Part shown: one piece after another, positions 1-9,845 of the stretch | How the letters are laid out: each line of letters opens with the position of its first letter | Numbering within the stretch: the first letter of the stretch is position 1 | Notes under the pieces: model-generated | What the model saw: only the letters and a program-made list of their open reading frames with translations | What the model was told of the DNA's origin: nothing | The model's database searches: none | Program-made: the position numbers and the translations under genes | Source of the DNA: an uncultured Bacilli bacterium | GTDB taxonomy: Bacteria > Bacillota_I > Bacilli_A > RF39 > UBA660 | DNA: 64,000 bases | Reading direction: 5' to 3' | Assembly: GCA_934130175.1 (NCBI GenBank) | Contig: CAKOXP010000007.1 | Coordinates: forward strand, 6,344-70,343

Positions 1-431
1 ATTAAGAAGACTACATATTGAGGAACTGTCGCTATAGATAAAAAATTATCTAGGGCTCTAATTGTTGTTGTTGCAAAAGAACCATCATAGTTATTATAGA
101 AATTACCTAGATAAAAATAAATTATTAACAAGACAATATACTCTATTACTGGTATTAAATATAATTTCCAAGGCTTATCTTTTCTTTTTAAAACTATCAT
201 AATACTTAGAAAACCAATTATTGTTATAATAACAGCTAAGTATAATATAATACTTAAATATTTAGAAATTGGTTCAAAGTATGGATCATAACTTAAATAA
301 GTAATAAAATCTTTATTAAATGTACTTAATTGAAGTGTTCTTGAATATATAAATCCACATAAAATAATTAAAATAAAATGAATTCTTCTAAAGTTTTTAA
401 TGAAAAAAGCATATGGTTTTCGAAATACCAT
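1..431 (-). CDS. Polytopic membrane protein, N-terminal part only (frame runs off the left edge of the window)
   Basis: Absent from the ORF track because no stop lies in the window. Hand translation from the ATG at 431..429 (MVFRKPYAFFIKNFRRIHFILIILCGFIYS...) stays open to base 1. AGGAG Shine-Dalgarno about 7 nt upstream. Several hydrophobic helices. Confidence 0.6.
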   Translation of the reverse strand, partial: MVFRKPYAFFIKNFRRIHFILIILCGFIYSRTLQLSTFNKDFITYLSYDPYFEPISKYLSIILYLAVIITIIGFLSIMIVLKRKDKPWKLYLIPVIEYIVLLIIYFYLGNFYNNYDGSFATTTIRALDNFLSIATVPQYVVFL

Positions 432-497
432 GAAACCACTCCTATTCTATCTATTATTATAGCTTATAGACAAAAAAAATAAAAGACATTTCATCTT

Positions 498-1745
498 TTA
501 TTTTTTAGAATTATTTTCTTTAGCCATAATAGATACTTTTTGACTTAATTTGTTCATTTCTTCAAGTACTTGATTTAAATTTGCTTCATTTTCGACCTTA
601 ATACTATTTATAGAATTCTTAAAAACATTCTTAGTAGAATTACTCTCACTTAATATAACTAAACCTAGTCTTTTTAAATTTGCATCAGTTGTTGGTATAT
701 CATAGGCAATAGTAATTTCATGAAGAACATCTTGATAAACCCTATCTATTTGATTAAGTTCTATCTCATATGGTTTTATATTTTTATATCTTTTTTCCTC
801 ATAAAACTCATTATCAATGGCATCATAATCTTTAGCTTTTAAAGTATCTGACAACTTATCTGCTTCTTCATCTAAAATTTTACCTAATCTTTCATTAATA
901 TTTGTATCAACAATTATTTCAAGTAAATCCTGTTGAGATTTATATTCCTCTGGTAATGATCTAAAGATTATATTTACTATTGAAGAAGAACATACGCTTA
1001 ATTCCACACGTGATTTTTCTTTATTTTTATAAATACTTTCTTCTAAAAGTGAATCTATCGCTTTTTTTGAATTCGTTACTATCGCTCTTTCTATTTTAGC
1101 AAGGGAACTAGTTTTATCCCCTCTTAGTTTTTGCTTATCCATTTCTTTTTCAATACTGTTGATTGAAAAATCTTTATTTGAAGCTAAATATTGTTCAATA
1201 GCTGAAGCTACATCACTTTGATAGATTTGATAATAATGAGTTGCTATTTTCATTAATTCTTCTGCCTCATCCTTAGAAACATTTGCAATATTAAGAATTT
1301 TTTTAATAGATTTAGCAAAAAGTCCTTTTAGATTTGCTTGATTAATATTTCCATCTTCTTTTGGAATTTCATCAATATCTTTCTTTATATTTTCTTTTTT
1401 CTCATTAATTTTCTTAATTATATTATCTAAATATATTACTTTAGTTCTCTTATCTTTTAAAGTATTAAAAATTAAGTCTACAGTATTCATGTTTTTTAAA
1501 TAAAATTCAGATTCATTTCTATCAAAATATGAAAATAAATCATCAATTAATTTTATAGCCTCATCAGTAAAATCCAACTTAAAATATTTATTAATTTTTT
1601 CCTCATCTACATTATATCTTTCTGAAATTTTTCCTGCAAAAAGTCTTTGTAATCTTAAGGTTTGTTCTGTTACTATTTTTTTAGAAATAAGATTACTTTC
1701 TTTTATTTTTTCTTCTGTTAATTCTTTTAATGTTATTTGTTCCAT
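498..1745 (-). CDS. Hypothetical K/E/N-rich, coiled-coil-prone protein (415 aa)
   Basis: Long uninterrupted ORF with SD GAAGGTGA upstream of the ATG. No motif I recognise. Confidence 0.6.
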   Translation of the reverse strand: MEQITLKELTEEKIKESNLISKKIVTEQTLRLQRLFAGKISERYNVDEEKINKYFKLDFTDEAIKLIDDLFSYFDRNESEFYLKNMNTVDLIFNTLKDKRTKVIYLDNIIKKINEKKENIKKDIDEIPKEDGNINQANLKGLFAKSIKKILNIANVSKDEAEELMKIATHYYQIYQSDVASAIEQYLASNKDFSINSIEKEMDKQKLRGDKTSSLAKIERAIVTNSKKAIDSLLEESIYKNKEKSRVELSVCSSSIVNIIFRSLPEEYKSQQDLLEIIVDTNINERLGKILDEEADKLSDTLKAKDYDAIDNEFYEEKRYKNIKPYEIELNQIDRVYQDVLHEITIAYDIPTTDANLKRLGLVILSESNSTKNVFKNSINSIKVENEANLNQVLEEMNKLSQKVSIMAKENNSKK

Positions 1746-1802
1746 TTCATCACCTTCTCTTGATACAAGTGATAATCTTAGTTATCAGTGTATATTCAAT
1801 AG

Positions 1803-2312
1803 TTATTTTTCTAAATAATCTGCTCCTTTATGTGGTTCATATTTAAGTAAATCATTATAATTTTGCTGTCTTAAAACCTCATATATAACAATAGCACAAC
1901 TATTAGAAAGATTGAGTGCTCGTACATTTTCTGACATAGGAATTCTCATACAATGATCTAAGTCATTTTTTAATATTTCTTTTGGAATACCAGTTGATTC
2001 TTTACCAAAGATAAAATATAATTCTTCATTATCTTTATTTTCATAGTTAAAACTAGTATGTGGTTTCTTACCATATCTTGTAAAGTAATAGTAAATTCCT
2101 TTGTTTTTACTTTTGAAGTCATCAAAGTTTTCATATATTTGGTAATTAAGTTTATCAATATAATTAACACCACTTCTTTTTAAATGTTTATCATCAATAA
2201 CAAATCCAAGTGGTTTTATAAGATGTAATTTAGTATTAGTCGCAACACAAGTTCTCATAATATTACCAGTATTTTGAGGTATTTCTGGTTCATATAAAAC
2301 AATATTATTCAT
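1803..2312 (-). CDS. trmL: tRNA (cytidine/uridine-2'-O)-methyltransferase, SpoU/TrmH family, TrmL type
   Basis: 169 aa. N-terminus MNNIVLYEPEIPQNTGNIMRTC and C-terminal knot motifs FGKESTGIP and LNLSNSCAIVIYE are typical of TrmL. Confidence 0.8.
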   Translation of the reverse strand: MNNIVLYEPEIPQNTGNIMRTCVATNTKLHLIKPLGFVIDDKHLKRSGVNYIDKLNYQIYENFDDFKSKNKGIYYYFTRYGKKPHTSFNYENKDNEELYFIFGKESTGIPKEILKNDLDHCMRIPMSENVRALNLSNSCAIVIYEVLRQQNYNDLLKYEPHKGADYLEK

Positions 2313-2314
2313 GA

Positions 2315-2842
2315 TTAATAAGTAGTTCCTATTTTATTATTCTTAATAAATTTCTTAACATCAGAAATTGTTAATTCTTCATCTTTACTTGATTGCAACA
2401 TATCTACTACTTTTCCATCTTCAAAATATATTAAAGCAGGATATTTCTTTAATCCTATTTTTCTATATGGATGATTTATATTAAATCTATTAATAAATTC
2501 TTCTTTGTTTTCTTCTTCTAAATTAACATAAGTTATATATTCTTTTAATGAAGATTGTTCAACTAGTTTTTTAAATTTTTTCTCAAAGTTTCTACATGTT
2601 ATATCGGATGCTGTACAAACATAAATTGTAGTCGTTGGAGTTTCTTGAATATAATGTTCCATTTCTTCTTCTGTTACTTCTGGAAGAGTATCTCTAATAA
2701 CTGGAATACTATTCTGATAAGTTGAATAAGCATCATACCATTTATACAAATAATAAGCAAGTAAGAATGTTGTTAAAAATATAATTACTAAAAATACATA
2801 GTTTTTAGCTGGTACCTTTCTTAATGATTCAGTTTTTGTCAT
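2315..2842 (-). CDS. Membrane-anchored thioredoxin-fold protein without a CxxC motif
   Basis: ORF track gives 2315..2899. The ATG at 2842 (MTKTESL...) has SD GGGAGAG 7 nt upstream. One N-terminal TM helix, then a thioredoxin-like domain ending YPALIYFEDGKVV. Confidence 0.55.
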   Translation of the reverse strand: MTKTESLRKVPAKNYVFLVIIFLTTFLLAYYLYKWYDAYSTYQNSIPVIRDTLPEVTEEEMEHYIQETPTTTIYVCTASDITCRNFEKKFKKLVEQSSLKEYITYVNLEEENKEEFINRFNINHPYRKIGLKKYPALIYFEDGKVVDMLQSSKDEELTISDVKKFIKNNKIGTTY

Positions 2843-2908
2843 AAAATCACTCTCCCTATCTAAATTTATTTTATCACATTTTTGACAATTTAGAAACAAT
2901 TCTAAAAT

Positions 2909-5071
2909 TTATTGATACTTTTTTACAATTTCTTTTATAGTTTTTCCGTCTTCATCATAAAAATCAAATCTAAATTGACATTTATTTGGAATGTATTTTT
3001 CGATATTTTTGTAGTTTAAAATAGTTGTATTGTTATTATTATCTAAATAAACATCAAAATATCTGTTTTTAGAATCTTTTAATTTATACTTGTAAAGACT
3101 ATTATCTATATTTAAAATATTACCCTTTATATACATATTTTCTACTTTTCCATAGACTAGGACTTCTGGTAAAAAAGCAAATTTAAAAATCTTTTTAAAA
3201 GAAGTTACTAACTTAAGTGTTTCATCTTCATCTAATTCTGGTGATAACGTAAAATTGTTTAAACCTTGTCTTAATAAATAATATGCAGTATAAGGGTTAG
3301 TTATATTAAGAAAATAATTGCCAACTAAATTTATATTTTTCTTAAAGTCAATATATTCACTAACTAGACTGTTATTAATATTATAGCTGTTAGAAAAATT
3401 AGATCTTGGTAATACGTAAAATACATTCTTATTATCAAGATACTTTTGGTAAAGTGCAAAATCTTTTACATAAATTCTTTTAAAATTTAATTCTAGGCAT
3501 GTTAATAATTGTTCTTCGGTATAGACGCTACTAGTTAAAATACTATCTTCGAAGTCTAGATTTAGTTTTTCAAATTTTACACATTTTTTAACATAATTAG
3601 GATTATCAGTATTTTCCTTAATTGAAATTATTTTAGAAACTGCTTCTCTTCTTATTTCATTTAGATTTTTAATAGGAATAAAGATATCATCATCTATGTC
3701 TAAATCTAGTTTTTCTAGATAAAATGGACTATTACCTAGTCTTTCTAATTGAAGTTTAATTCTTTCGGCACTAATTGGATTAGAAATGGCTTCTTCTACG
3801 ATATTACCAGTAACTAAAACTTTACTTTCTAAGGAAGTTGCTTCTAATGTTAAGGCTTTCTTTTTTCTAGCAGTTAACTTAAATCTTAAAGGTAGGTGTT
3901 TTTCTTCATACTTTTCTAAACTTTCGATTAATTTTTTATCTTGTGTTTTATAAACAGTATCGCAAGTAGTTAGTCCTATTTTGTTATCAAGATAGACAAT
4001 ATCATCACTACTATTAATAAGTTTATCTTTATCATTATATAGATAGTTACAGATAAAACCTTTACCACTTTCTAAGAATCTAATTCCATCTTCTTGATTA
4101 AGAACTCCTTCTAATTTTATTTTTATTTTTTTATTGTTTACTGAAATTACTTTTCCTATTTTTAAACCAATATGATTAGGTGTATCTATATTCATAAGAG
4201 TAGTTGTTTCAAATAAATTACCATCTGTGAATTTTCTGTTAAACAGTGTTTTTAACTTGTTTGTTTCTTCTTCATAATTAAACTCTTTTGAATCTATTAA
4301 ATGGCGATAAAAATTAGTAATAAATCCTACATATTCAGGACTTTTCATTCTACCTTCTATTTTAAAACTTTTAATCTTACTATTTAATAGCTCTTTGATA
4401 TGGCCTGATGTGTTTAATTCTCTTGTACTTAATAAATATTTATTGGAAACTAGTAGTTTATTATTTTCATACAAGCTATAAGGAAGACGGCAACAACCTG
4501 TACATTCTCCCCTATTTCCACTTCTTTTACCTATCATTGAACTCATTAGACAATTTCCTGAATAACTGATACATAACGCTCCATGAATAAAGCATTCTAG
4601 TTCAATAGGAACATCTATTTTATTAATCTCATTTATTGATAGTTCACGTGATAATACGACTCTTTTAACGCCAAGTTTATAAAAAAACTTGATGGTTTCT
4701 AGACTACTATTATTAGCTTGAGTAGAAGCATGAATCTCTAAATTTGGAAACATTTCTCTTACTAAGCAAATCATACCAAAGTCTTGCATGATAACAGCAT
4801 CAACTGAATTTTTATGAAGAAAATCAATTGTACTTATAAATGCCTCAACTTCATCAGTCTTAATTAAAGTATTCATAGTTACATATATTTTTACTCCGTA
4901 TAAGTGACAATATTTTATTGCTTTAATAAAATCTTCTTCTGAAAAGTTTTTAGCAAAAGCTCTTGCACCAAAAGTTTTTAATCCTAAGTAGACTGCATCT
5001 GCTCCATTATGAACTGCTTGATATAAACTTTCCATATTACCAACAGGAGCTAGAAGTTCTTTTTTATTCAT
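2909..5071 (-). CDS. Peptidase U32 family protein, long form (possibly an Fe-S RNA hydroxylase of the RlhA/TrhP type rather than a collagenase)
   Basis: 720 aa. ELLAPVGN...AVHNGADAVYLG at the N-terminus and the Cys cluster GNRGECTGCCRLPY are U32 hallmarks. SD GAGGTGG. Confidence 0.75.
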   Translation of the reverse strand: MNKKELLAPVGNMESLYQAVHNGADAVYLGLKTFGARAFAKNFSEEDFIKAIKYCHLYGVKIYVTMNTLIKTDEVEAFISTIDFLHKNSVDAVIMQDFGMICLVREMFPNLEIHASTQANNSSLETIKFFYKLGVKRVVLSRELSINEINKIDVPIELECFIHGALCISYSGNCLMSSMIGKRSGNRGECTGCCRLPYSLYENNKLLVSNKYLLSTRELNTSGHIKELLNSKIKSFKIEGRMKSPEYVGFITNFYRHLIDSKEFNYEEETNKLKTLFNRKFTDGNLFETTTLMNIDTPNHIGLKIGKVISVNNKKIKIKLEGVLNQEDGIRFLESGKGFICNYLYNDKDKLINSSDDIVYLDNKIGLTTCDTVYKTQDKKLIESLEKYEEKHLPLRFKLTARKKKALTLEATSLESKVLVTGNIVEEAISNPISAERIKLQLERLGNSPFYLEKLDLDIDDDIFIPIKNLNEIRREAVSKIISIKENTDNPNYVKKCVKFEKLNLDFEDSILTSSVYTEEQLLTCLELNFKRIYVKDFALYQKYLDNKNVFYVLPRSNFSNSYNINNSLVSEYIDFKKNINLVGNYFLNITNPYTAYYLLRQGLNNFTLSPELDEDETLKLVTSFKKIFKFAFLPEVLVYGKVENMYIKGNILNIDNSLYKYKLKDSKNRYFDVYLDNNNNTTILNYKNIEKYIPNKCQFRFDFYDEDGKTIKEIVKKYQ

Positions 5072-5167
5072 AGTACCACCTCATCTATAATCTATTTTAT
5101 CAGTTTTAAATATCTAATCAACACTTTTTTTCTAAATATAAAATTATTTTCTAACATATATTTAAAT

Positions 5168-5527
5168 ATGGATAAAGATACTATTGAAATGGTTAAGCGA
5201 CTTAATTTTGAAAACCTGATATGGGTTGTTTTTATCGTTATTTCAGTTTTAGATATATATGGAGATGAACTAATCAAGAAAAGTTTAATTTGTGGTGATA
5301 AGACTTCTCAAAAAAAAGCAGATAAACTTTTTTTAACTTTAACTGCTATTTCTATTCCTATTTATATCTATTTTTTATCAAGAAATTATAAAGACTGTAG
5401 AAAACATCATAATAAAAGTTATGAAGTTCGCTACATGGGAAGTATTTTCGTTTTAATTGGTACTTTATGCTTCTTATATTTTCAACTTACTACAACACGT
5501 CAAACTGATTCACCTTCGAATGTATAA
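5168..5527 (+). CDS. Small 3-TM membrane protein, paralogue of 5862..6236
   Basis: 119 aa. Shares architecture and motifs with the 124-aa ORF (NFENLIWVVF vs VENFVWIIYF; YIYFLSRNYKD vs YIYFFYDNYKD). No clear SD. Confidence 0.45.
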   Translation: MDKDTIEMVKRLNFENLIWVVFIVISVLDIYGDELIKKSLICGDKTSQKKADKLFLTLTAISIPIYIYFLSRNYKDCRKHHNKSYEVRYMGSIFVLIGTLCFLYFQLTTTRQTDSPSNV

Positions 5528-5529
5528 TT

Positions 5530-5811
5530 TTACTGATTCCGTTTTAAATTTTCTATTTCTTCATTTAAAGCATTTACCATTTTTTTCAACATTTCAATGC
5601 CATCTTCATTTGATACATTTTTATTAGAGGTACTTCTTTCTTGTTGAACCTGTTTATAATATGCATTAGTACAAAGAACTTGAGCTGTTAACATTAACCA
5701 GTTTCCTAATGCATTTTGTTCATTAGCTGTTAAATCATCAATTAATAAATAACCAACAATAATCGCACTAAAAGAAAAGGCTTTAGGACTTACATTAGGA
5801 ATAATACTCAT
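5530..5811 (-). CDS. Small protein with a hydrophobic N-terminal half and a C-terminal coiled coil
   Basis: ORF track gives 5530..5820 (GTG). The ATG at 5811 has SD AGGTGA 5 nt upstream. Convergent with 5168..5527 with only a 2-nt gap. Confidence 0.45.
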   Translation of the reverse strand: MSIIPNVSPKAFSFSAIIVGYLLIDDLTANEQNALGNWLMLTAQVLCTNAYYKQVQQERSTSNKNVSNEDGIEMLKKMVNALNEEIENLKRNQ

Positions 5812-5861
5812 TTTCTTCACCTATTTAATTATATTAATAAGTTATTAGAATATATTTTATT

Positions 5862-6236
5862 ATGAATGATATTGAAAAGAGGTTAAAACAAATAGATGTT
5901 GAAAATTTTGTTTGGATAATATATTTTTTCATAATTGGTTTATGTTTAATTGCCAATAAATATGAAAAGAGATATTTTTGTTTTAATGATCAAAAATCTA
6001 AAGATACTTATAGGAAACTAACAATTATAATTTTTATTATTGCTGTTATAATATATATTTACTTTTTCTATGATAATTATAAGGATGTAAGAGATTTAAA
6101 AACTACTAATCAAAAAACAATTAGATTAAGTAATTTAAGTTTACTTGGTTCTACTTTAGTTTTAATAAGTGGTTTAATCTTTTTATATATAGCCTTTGTA
6201 GATACTGAACTTGATATTGAAATTGCTTTCAATTAA
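5862..6236 (+). CDS. Small 3-TM membrane protein, paralogue of 5168..5527
   Basis: 124 aa. See the paralogue. No clear SD. Confidence 0.45.
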   Translation: MNDIEKRLKQIDVENFVWIIYFFIIGLCLIANKYEKRYFCFNDQKSKDTYRKLTIIIFIIAVIIYIYFFYDNYKDVRDLKTTNQKTIRLSNLSLLGSTLVLISGLIFLYIAFVDTELDIEIAFN

Positions 6237-6240
6237 AAAA

Positions 6241-7176
6241 CTAATTTTTATTATTAGTTTCTTTTATTATATATATAGGTCTTTTCTTTGTTTCTAAATA
6301 TGTTTTTGCTAGATACTGTCCAATTATTCCCATACATAATAATTGAATACCACTAACAAATAAGATAATACAAACCATTGAAGGCCAACCACCAACAGGA
6401 TCTCCAAATATAAGGGTTTTAATAATTATTACTAAAATTGCTATAAATGAGACAAAACACATAATAATACCTAATATAGCTGCAAGTGATAAAGGTGTTG
6501 TTGAAAAAGCAACTATTCCTTCTAAAGCATATTTAAAAAGTTTCCAAAAAGACCATTTAGTCTCTCCTGCTATACGTTTTACATTTTCGTATTCTAGCCA
6601 TTTTGTATTATATCCAACAAAACTAAAAAGTCCTTTTGAATATCTATTATATTCTTGAAGTAAAAGAATGGAATCAACTACTTGACGTTTCATTAATCTA
6701 TAATCTCTAGCTCCATCAACCATTTCAATTTTAGACATTTTATTAATTATTTTATAAAAACATCTAGCAAAAAAGCTTCTAATAGGTGGTTCTCCTTTTC
6801 TTGTAACTCTTCTGGTTCCAACTACATCATATCCATCTTTTTTTATAATATCTAACATATCTATTAACATAGCAGGTGGATCTTGTAAATCAGCATCCAT
6901 TATGGTTACATAATCACCATCAACATGTTCTAAACCTGCAAACATCGCAGCTTCTTTTCCAAAATTTCTTGAAAAAGAAATATATCTAACCCTTTTATCT
7001 GTATTAGATAGTTTTTTAATAACATCTAAAGTATTGTCACGTGAACCATCATCTACAAATAAAAATTCAAATTCATACTTTTTTAATTTTTCTGCAATCT
7101 TAGTTATTTCTTTGTAAAAATAATTAATTGTTTCTTCCTCATTATAACAAGGAACAATAACTGAAATTTTTTCCAT
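6241..7176 (-). CDS. Polyprenol-phosphate glycosyltransferase, GT2 GtrB/CsbB/ArnC type
   Basis: 311 aa. Motifs VIVPCYNEE, DDGSRDNT and DADLQDPP, plus two C-terminal TM helices. SD AGAGG. Confidence 0.8.
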   Translation of the reverse strand: MEKISVIVPCYNEEETINYFYKEITKIAEKLKKYEFEFLFVDDGSRDNTLDVIKKLSNTDKRVRYISFSRNFGKEAAMFAGLEHVDGDYVTIMDADLQDPPAMLIDMLDIIKKDGYDVVGTRRVTRKGEPPIRSFFARCFYKIINKMSKIEMVDGARDYRLMKRQVVDSILLLQEYNRYSKGLFSFVGYNTKWLEYENVKRIAGETKWSFWKLFKYALEGIVAFSTTPLSLAAILGIIMCFVSFIAILVIIIKTLIFGDPVGGWPSMVCIILFVSGIQLLCMGIIGQYLAKTYLETKKRPIYIIKETNNKN

Positions 7177-7260
7177 AATAATTAACCTCTTTTTTAGTTA
7201 AACCATATAAGAATATTATATTTGATTTAGAAAATATTGTAAATACGTAAAATTCCATAT

Positions 7261-7286
7261 AAAAAGGAAAAGAGATCCCTTTTCCT
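7261..7286 (-). terminator. Rho-independent terminator after the 7330..8631 gene
   Basis: Stem AGGAAAAG/CTTTTCCT (7265..7272 and 7279..7286), followed on the minus strand by TTTTT. Confidence 0.5.
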
Positions 7287-7329
7287 AAATTATTCTAAAA
7301 ACATCTTTCTGGTAATAAAAGTTATACTT

Positions 7330-8631
7330 TTATTCTTGAATTGTATGCTTATCTTCTTTTTTAGCTGTAGTCAACGAATTAATCATTATCATTACAATTG
7401 CAAAATATGTAACACACGCACCTTTATTTGTCATCCAATAATGTATATATGAGTGATTACCAAAAACATAATACCACATAAAAGGCATCATTCCTATAAT
7501 AATTAAAGGCCACTGACTTTTGATATCTCTAATATTTTTTAAATTATACTTCTTTATACTTATAACAATAAATATAAACAATACTATTAGCAAACTAATA
7601 ACTATATATTTATTAAAAAATAAATCTATATTTCTTGAAACAGCACTCATCCTAGTAAATTCTTGTCCAGCAGAGTCGATATTAGAAACTCTGCCTCCAG
7701 CTGTTTCTAATGCATTTCTAATTACATTTTCATCGGTGAAGATTGTTCCAATAATCCATTTGCTTACCCAAACTGTAAAATAAGTATACGCCCATGAAAA
7801 ACCAATGCTGAAAAATTTATATATTTTATTATCGTTCTTACTATCAAAAATCGAAAAATATATAATTGCTGGTATACCAAAAGTAACTATTGGATATGTA
7901 TAAAAATCAAAATATGCTGTCATAGCACCTAATATTCCAAATATATAGAGTACATATTTAAATGACAAGTTGATTTTGTTGCTAAATAACAAGAGAAATA
8001 GAATACCGATATTAAATATGTACCAAACAGTTGAATATTGAAGTGATTTAAATATTACTGGTGGCATTAATACCAAAATTAATAAAATATATGGAATAAT
8101 TAGTTTATATTTTTTTCTTTTACAAAATAACAATATAACAAATGAAATTATTAACATTTGAAATAATCCATTTATTAATCTTATCTGTTTATAATTAAAT
8201 ATACTTACTAATGGTTTTAATACTATTAAATAACCATGCCAATACCTTGGATAACTAACAATTTCAGTTACCTTTTCATGATTACTTATTTTTTTTAAAG
8301 TATTAATTGGTAATGCATACAAGTCCCCATATCTGTATACTAATAGACATTGCTTTAATGTTGAAATATTTGAATCTGTAATTGTATTTAGTAACATTAA
8401 TGCATCCGTGAAATTATCAAGTCTACTTTGTTCTTTTAGTTGATTTATAACTGCAGGATGATCTCCTTCTTTTTCAAAAACTTGATAAGATTTATAAACA
8501 TTTTTTTCCATGTTTGAATGTGGAATTTTATATGAAAGATATAGAAGAAATGTACCTAAAAATATACTTATCAAAATAATTATATTTATTACAAAAAAGA
8601 TCTTTAGATTTTCTATAATTTTATTTTTCAT
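7330..8631 (-). CDS. Polytopic membrane protein (many TM helices), candidate extracytoplasmic glycosyltransferase or polymerase
   Basis: 433 aa and hydrophobic throughout. Sits between a GtrB-type gene and a GtrA-GT2 fusion. No named motif recognised. Confidence 0.5.
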   Translation of the reverse strand: MKNKIIENLKIFFVINIIILISIFLGTFLLYLSYKIPHSNMEKNVYKSYQVFEKEGDHPAVINQLKEQSRLDNFTDALMLLNTITDSNISTLKQCLLVYRYGDLYALPINTLKKISNHEKVTEIVSYPRYWHGYLIVLKPLVSIFNYKQIRLINGLFQMLIISFVILLFCKRKKYKLIIPYILLILVLMPPVIFKSLQYSTVWYIFNIGILFLLLFSNKINLSFKYVLYIFGILGAMTAYFDFYTYPIVTFGIPAIIYFSIFDSKNDNKIYKFFSIGFSWAYTYFTVWVSKWIIGTIFTDENVIRNALETAGGRVSNIDSAGQEFTRMSAVSRNIDLFFNKYIVISLLIVLFIFIVISIKKYNLKNIRDIKSQWPLIIIGMMPFMWYYVFGNHSYIHYWMTNKGACVTYFAIVMIMINSLTTAKKEDKHTIQE

Positions 8632-8633
8632 TC

Positions 8634-9812
8634 TTACTCTCCATAAACATCATAACATTTTACATAAAATTTCATTATTAATTTTACTATAACATTAGGC
8701 CAAAATTTTCTAAACATAATATTATCTTCTTTTATTCTTAAATCATTTTCCATACATGATTTTGTTGTAGATGCATTACTTATTCTAAATGACATAAGTT
8801 TTAAAGGTATATATCTTATCTTTCCTTTCATTTTATATATTTTAAGGAAAGTATCCCAATCTAGTCCAAACTTTAAATCAGAACTAAATATAGGTTCACC
8901 AATTAATTTCTTATTATAAGTAGCAGAAGGACATTGAATTGTATTACCAAGAGACAATGTCATTTTTCTAATAAATCTTATATTTCCAATAAAAGGTATT
9001 CTTAGTGGAAATTTTAAAATCCTTTTTAATTTTAGATTTTTATTATCAACACTTTTATTATTAATATAATAGTAATTATCGGTAGTAATCATTAATTCTT
9101 TTCCAGTATAATTATTCAAAATATTTTCTAAGTAATGCTCATCGTAAACATCATCTTGATGTACTACTGTAACAAGTTCAGTTTTAGCATTTTTAACAGC
9201 AAAGTTCCAATCATCTTGAATATCACTTTTGCCTTTTCTAAAATAAGTTTTAATCTTATATTTTTTTCCTAATTCTTCAATATACTTATTTTTTGTAGAA
9301 GAACACATAATCACATTTGACTTTATTGATTGATTTAAAATTGTTTGAATACACTTTTCTAAATATTCAGATTCTTTATAAGCACAGATTGTAAAAGTAT
9401 GATATTTCTCGGGATGTTTAATATATTTGTTTTCTTTCTTTGTAAATACCCACAATCTGCTGAAAATAAAATTATAAGGAACAGTTATAAATAAGGTTAA
9501 TACTGGTGCGATTAAATCAGATAGCTTTAAGACATCAACCCATAAATACATTGCTGCCATATTAATTATATATGAACTTCCATATACAATATAATATTTT
9601 AAGACCGAATTAGAATCATATACATTCTTTTTGAATACCCATTTCTTGTTTAAAATATAACCAATAATTGAACTTAAGATATAAGCAATTGTTGTACATA
9701 TACGATAATCAAGACCTAAGAATAATAATGGATAATAAAATACCCATGAACTAAATGTATTAATACATCCTACTATTCCAAATTTTATAAACTGTTTAAA
9801 TGTTTTTTTCAT
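8634..9812 (-). CDS. Fusion protein: N-terminal GtrA-like 4-TM domain plus C-terminal GT2 glycosyltransferase domain
   Basis: ORF track gives 8634..9824 (TTG). The ATG at 9812 has SD GGAGG 5 nt upstream. FIKFGIVGCINTFSSWVFYY is GtrA-like. FTICAYKESEYLEKCIQTILNQS and HQDDVY are GT2-like. Confidence 0.65.
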   Translation of the reverse strand: MKKTFKQFIKFGIVGCINTFSSWVFYYPLLFLGLDYRICTTIAYILSSIIGYILNKKWVFKKNVYDSNSVLKYYIVYGSSYIINMAAMYLWVDVLKLSDLIAPVLTLFITVPYNFIFSRLWVFTKKENKYIKHPEKYHTFTICAYKESEYLEKCIQTILNQSIKSNVIMCSSTKNKYIEELGKKYKIKTYFRKGKSDIQDDWNFAVKNAKTELVTVVHQDDVYDEHYLENILNNYTGKELMITTDNYYYINNKSVDNKNLKLKRILKFPLRIPFIGNIRFIRKMTLSLGNTIQCPSATYNKKLIGEPIFSSDLKFGLDWDTFLKIYKMKGKIRYIPLKLMSFRISNASTTKSCMENDLRIKEDNIMFRKFWPNVIVKLIMKFYVKCYDVYGE

Positions 9813-9845
9813 AACTGCCTCCAAAAATACTTTATTTCTTCATAT

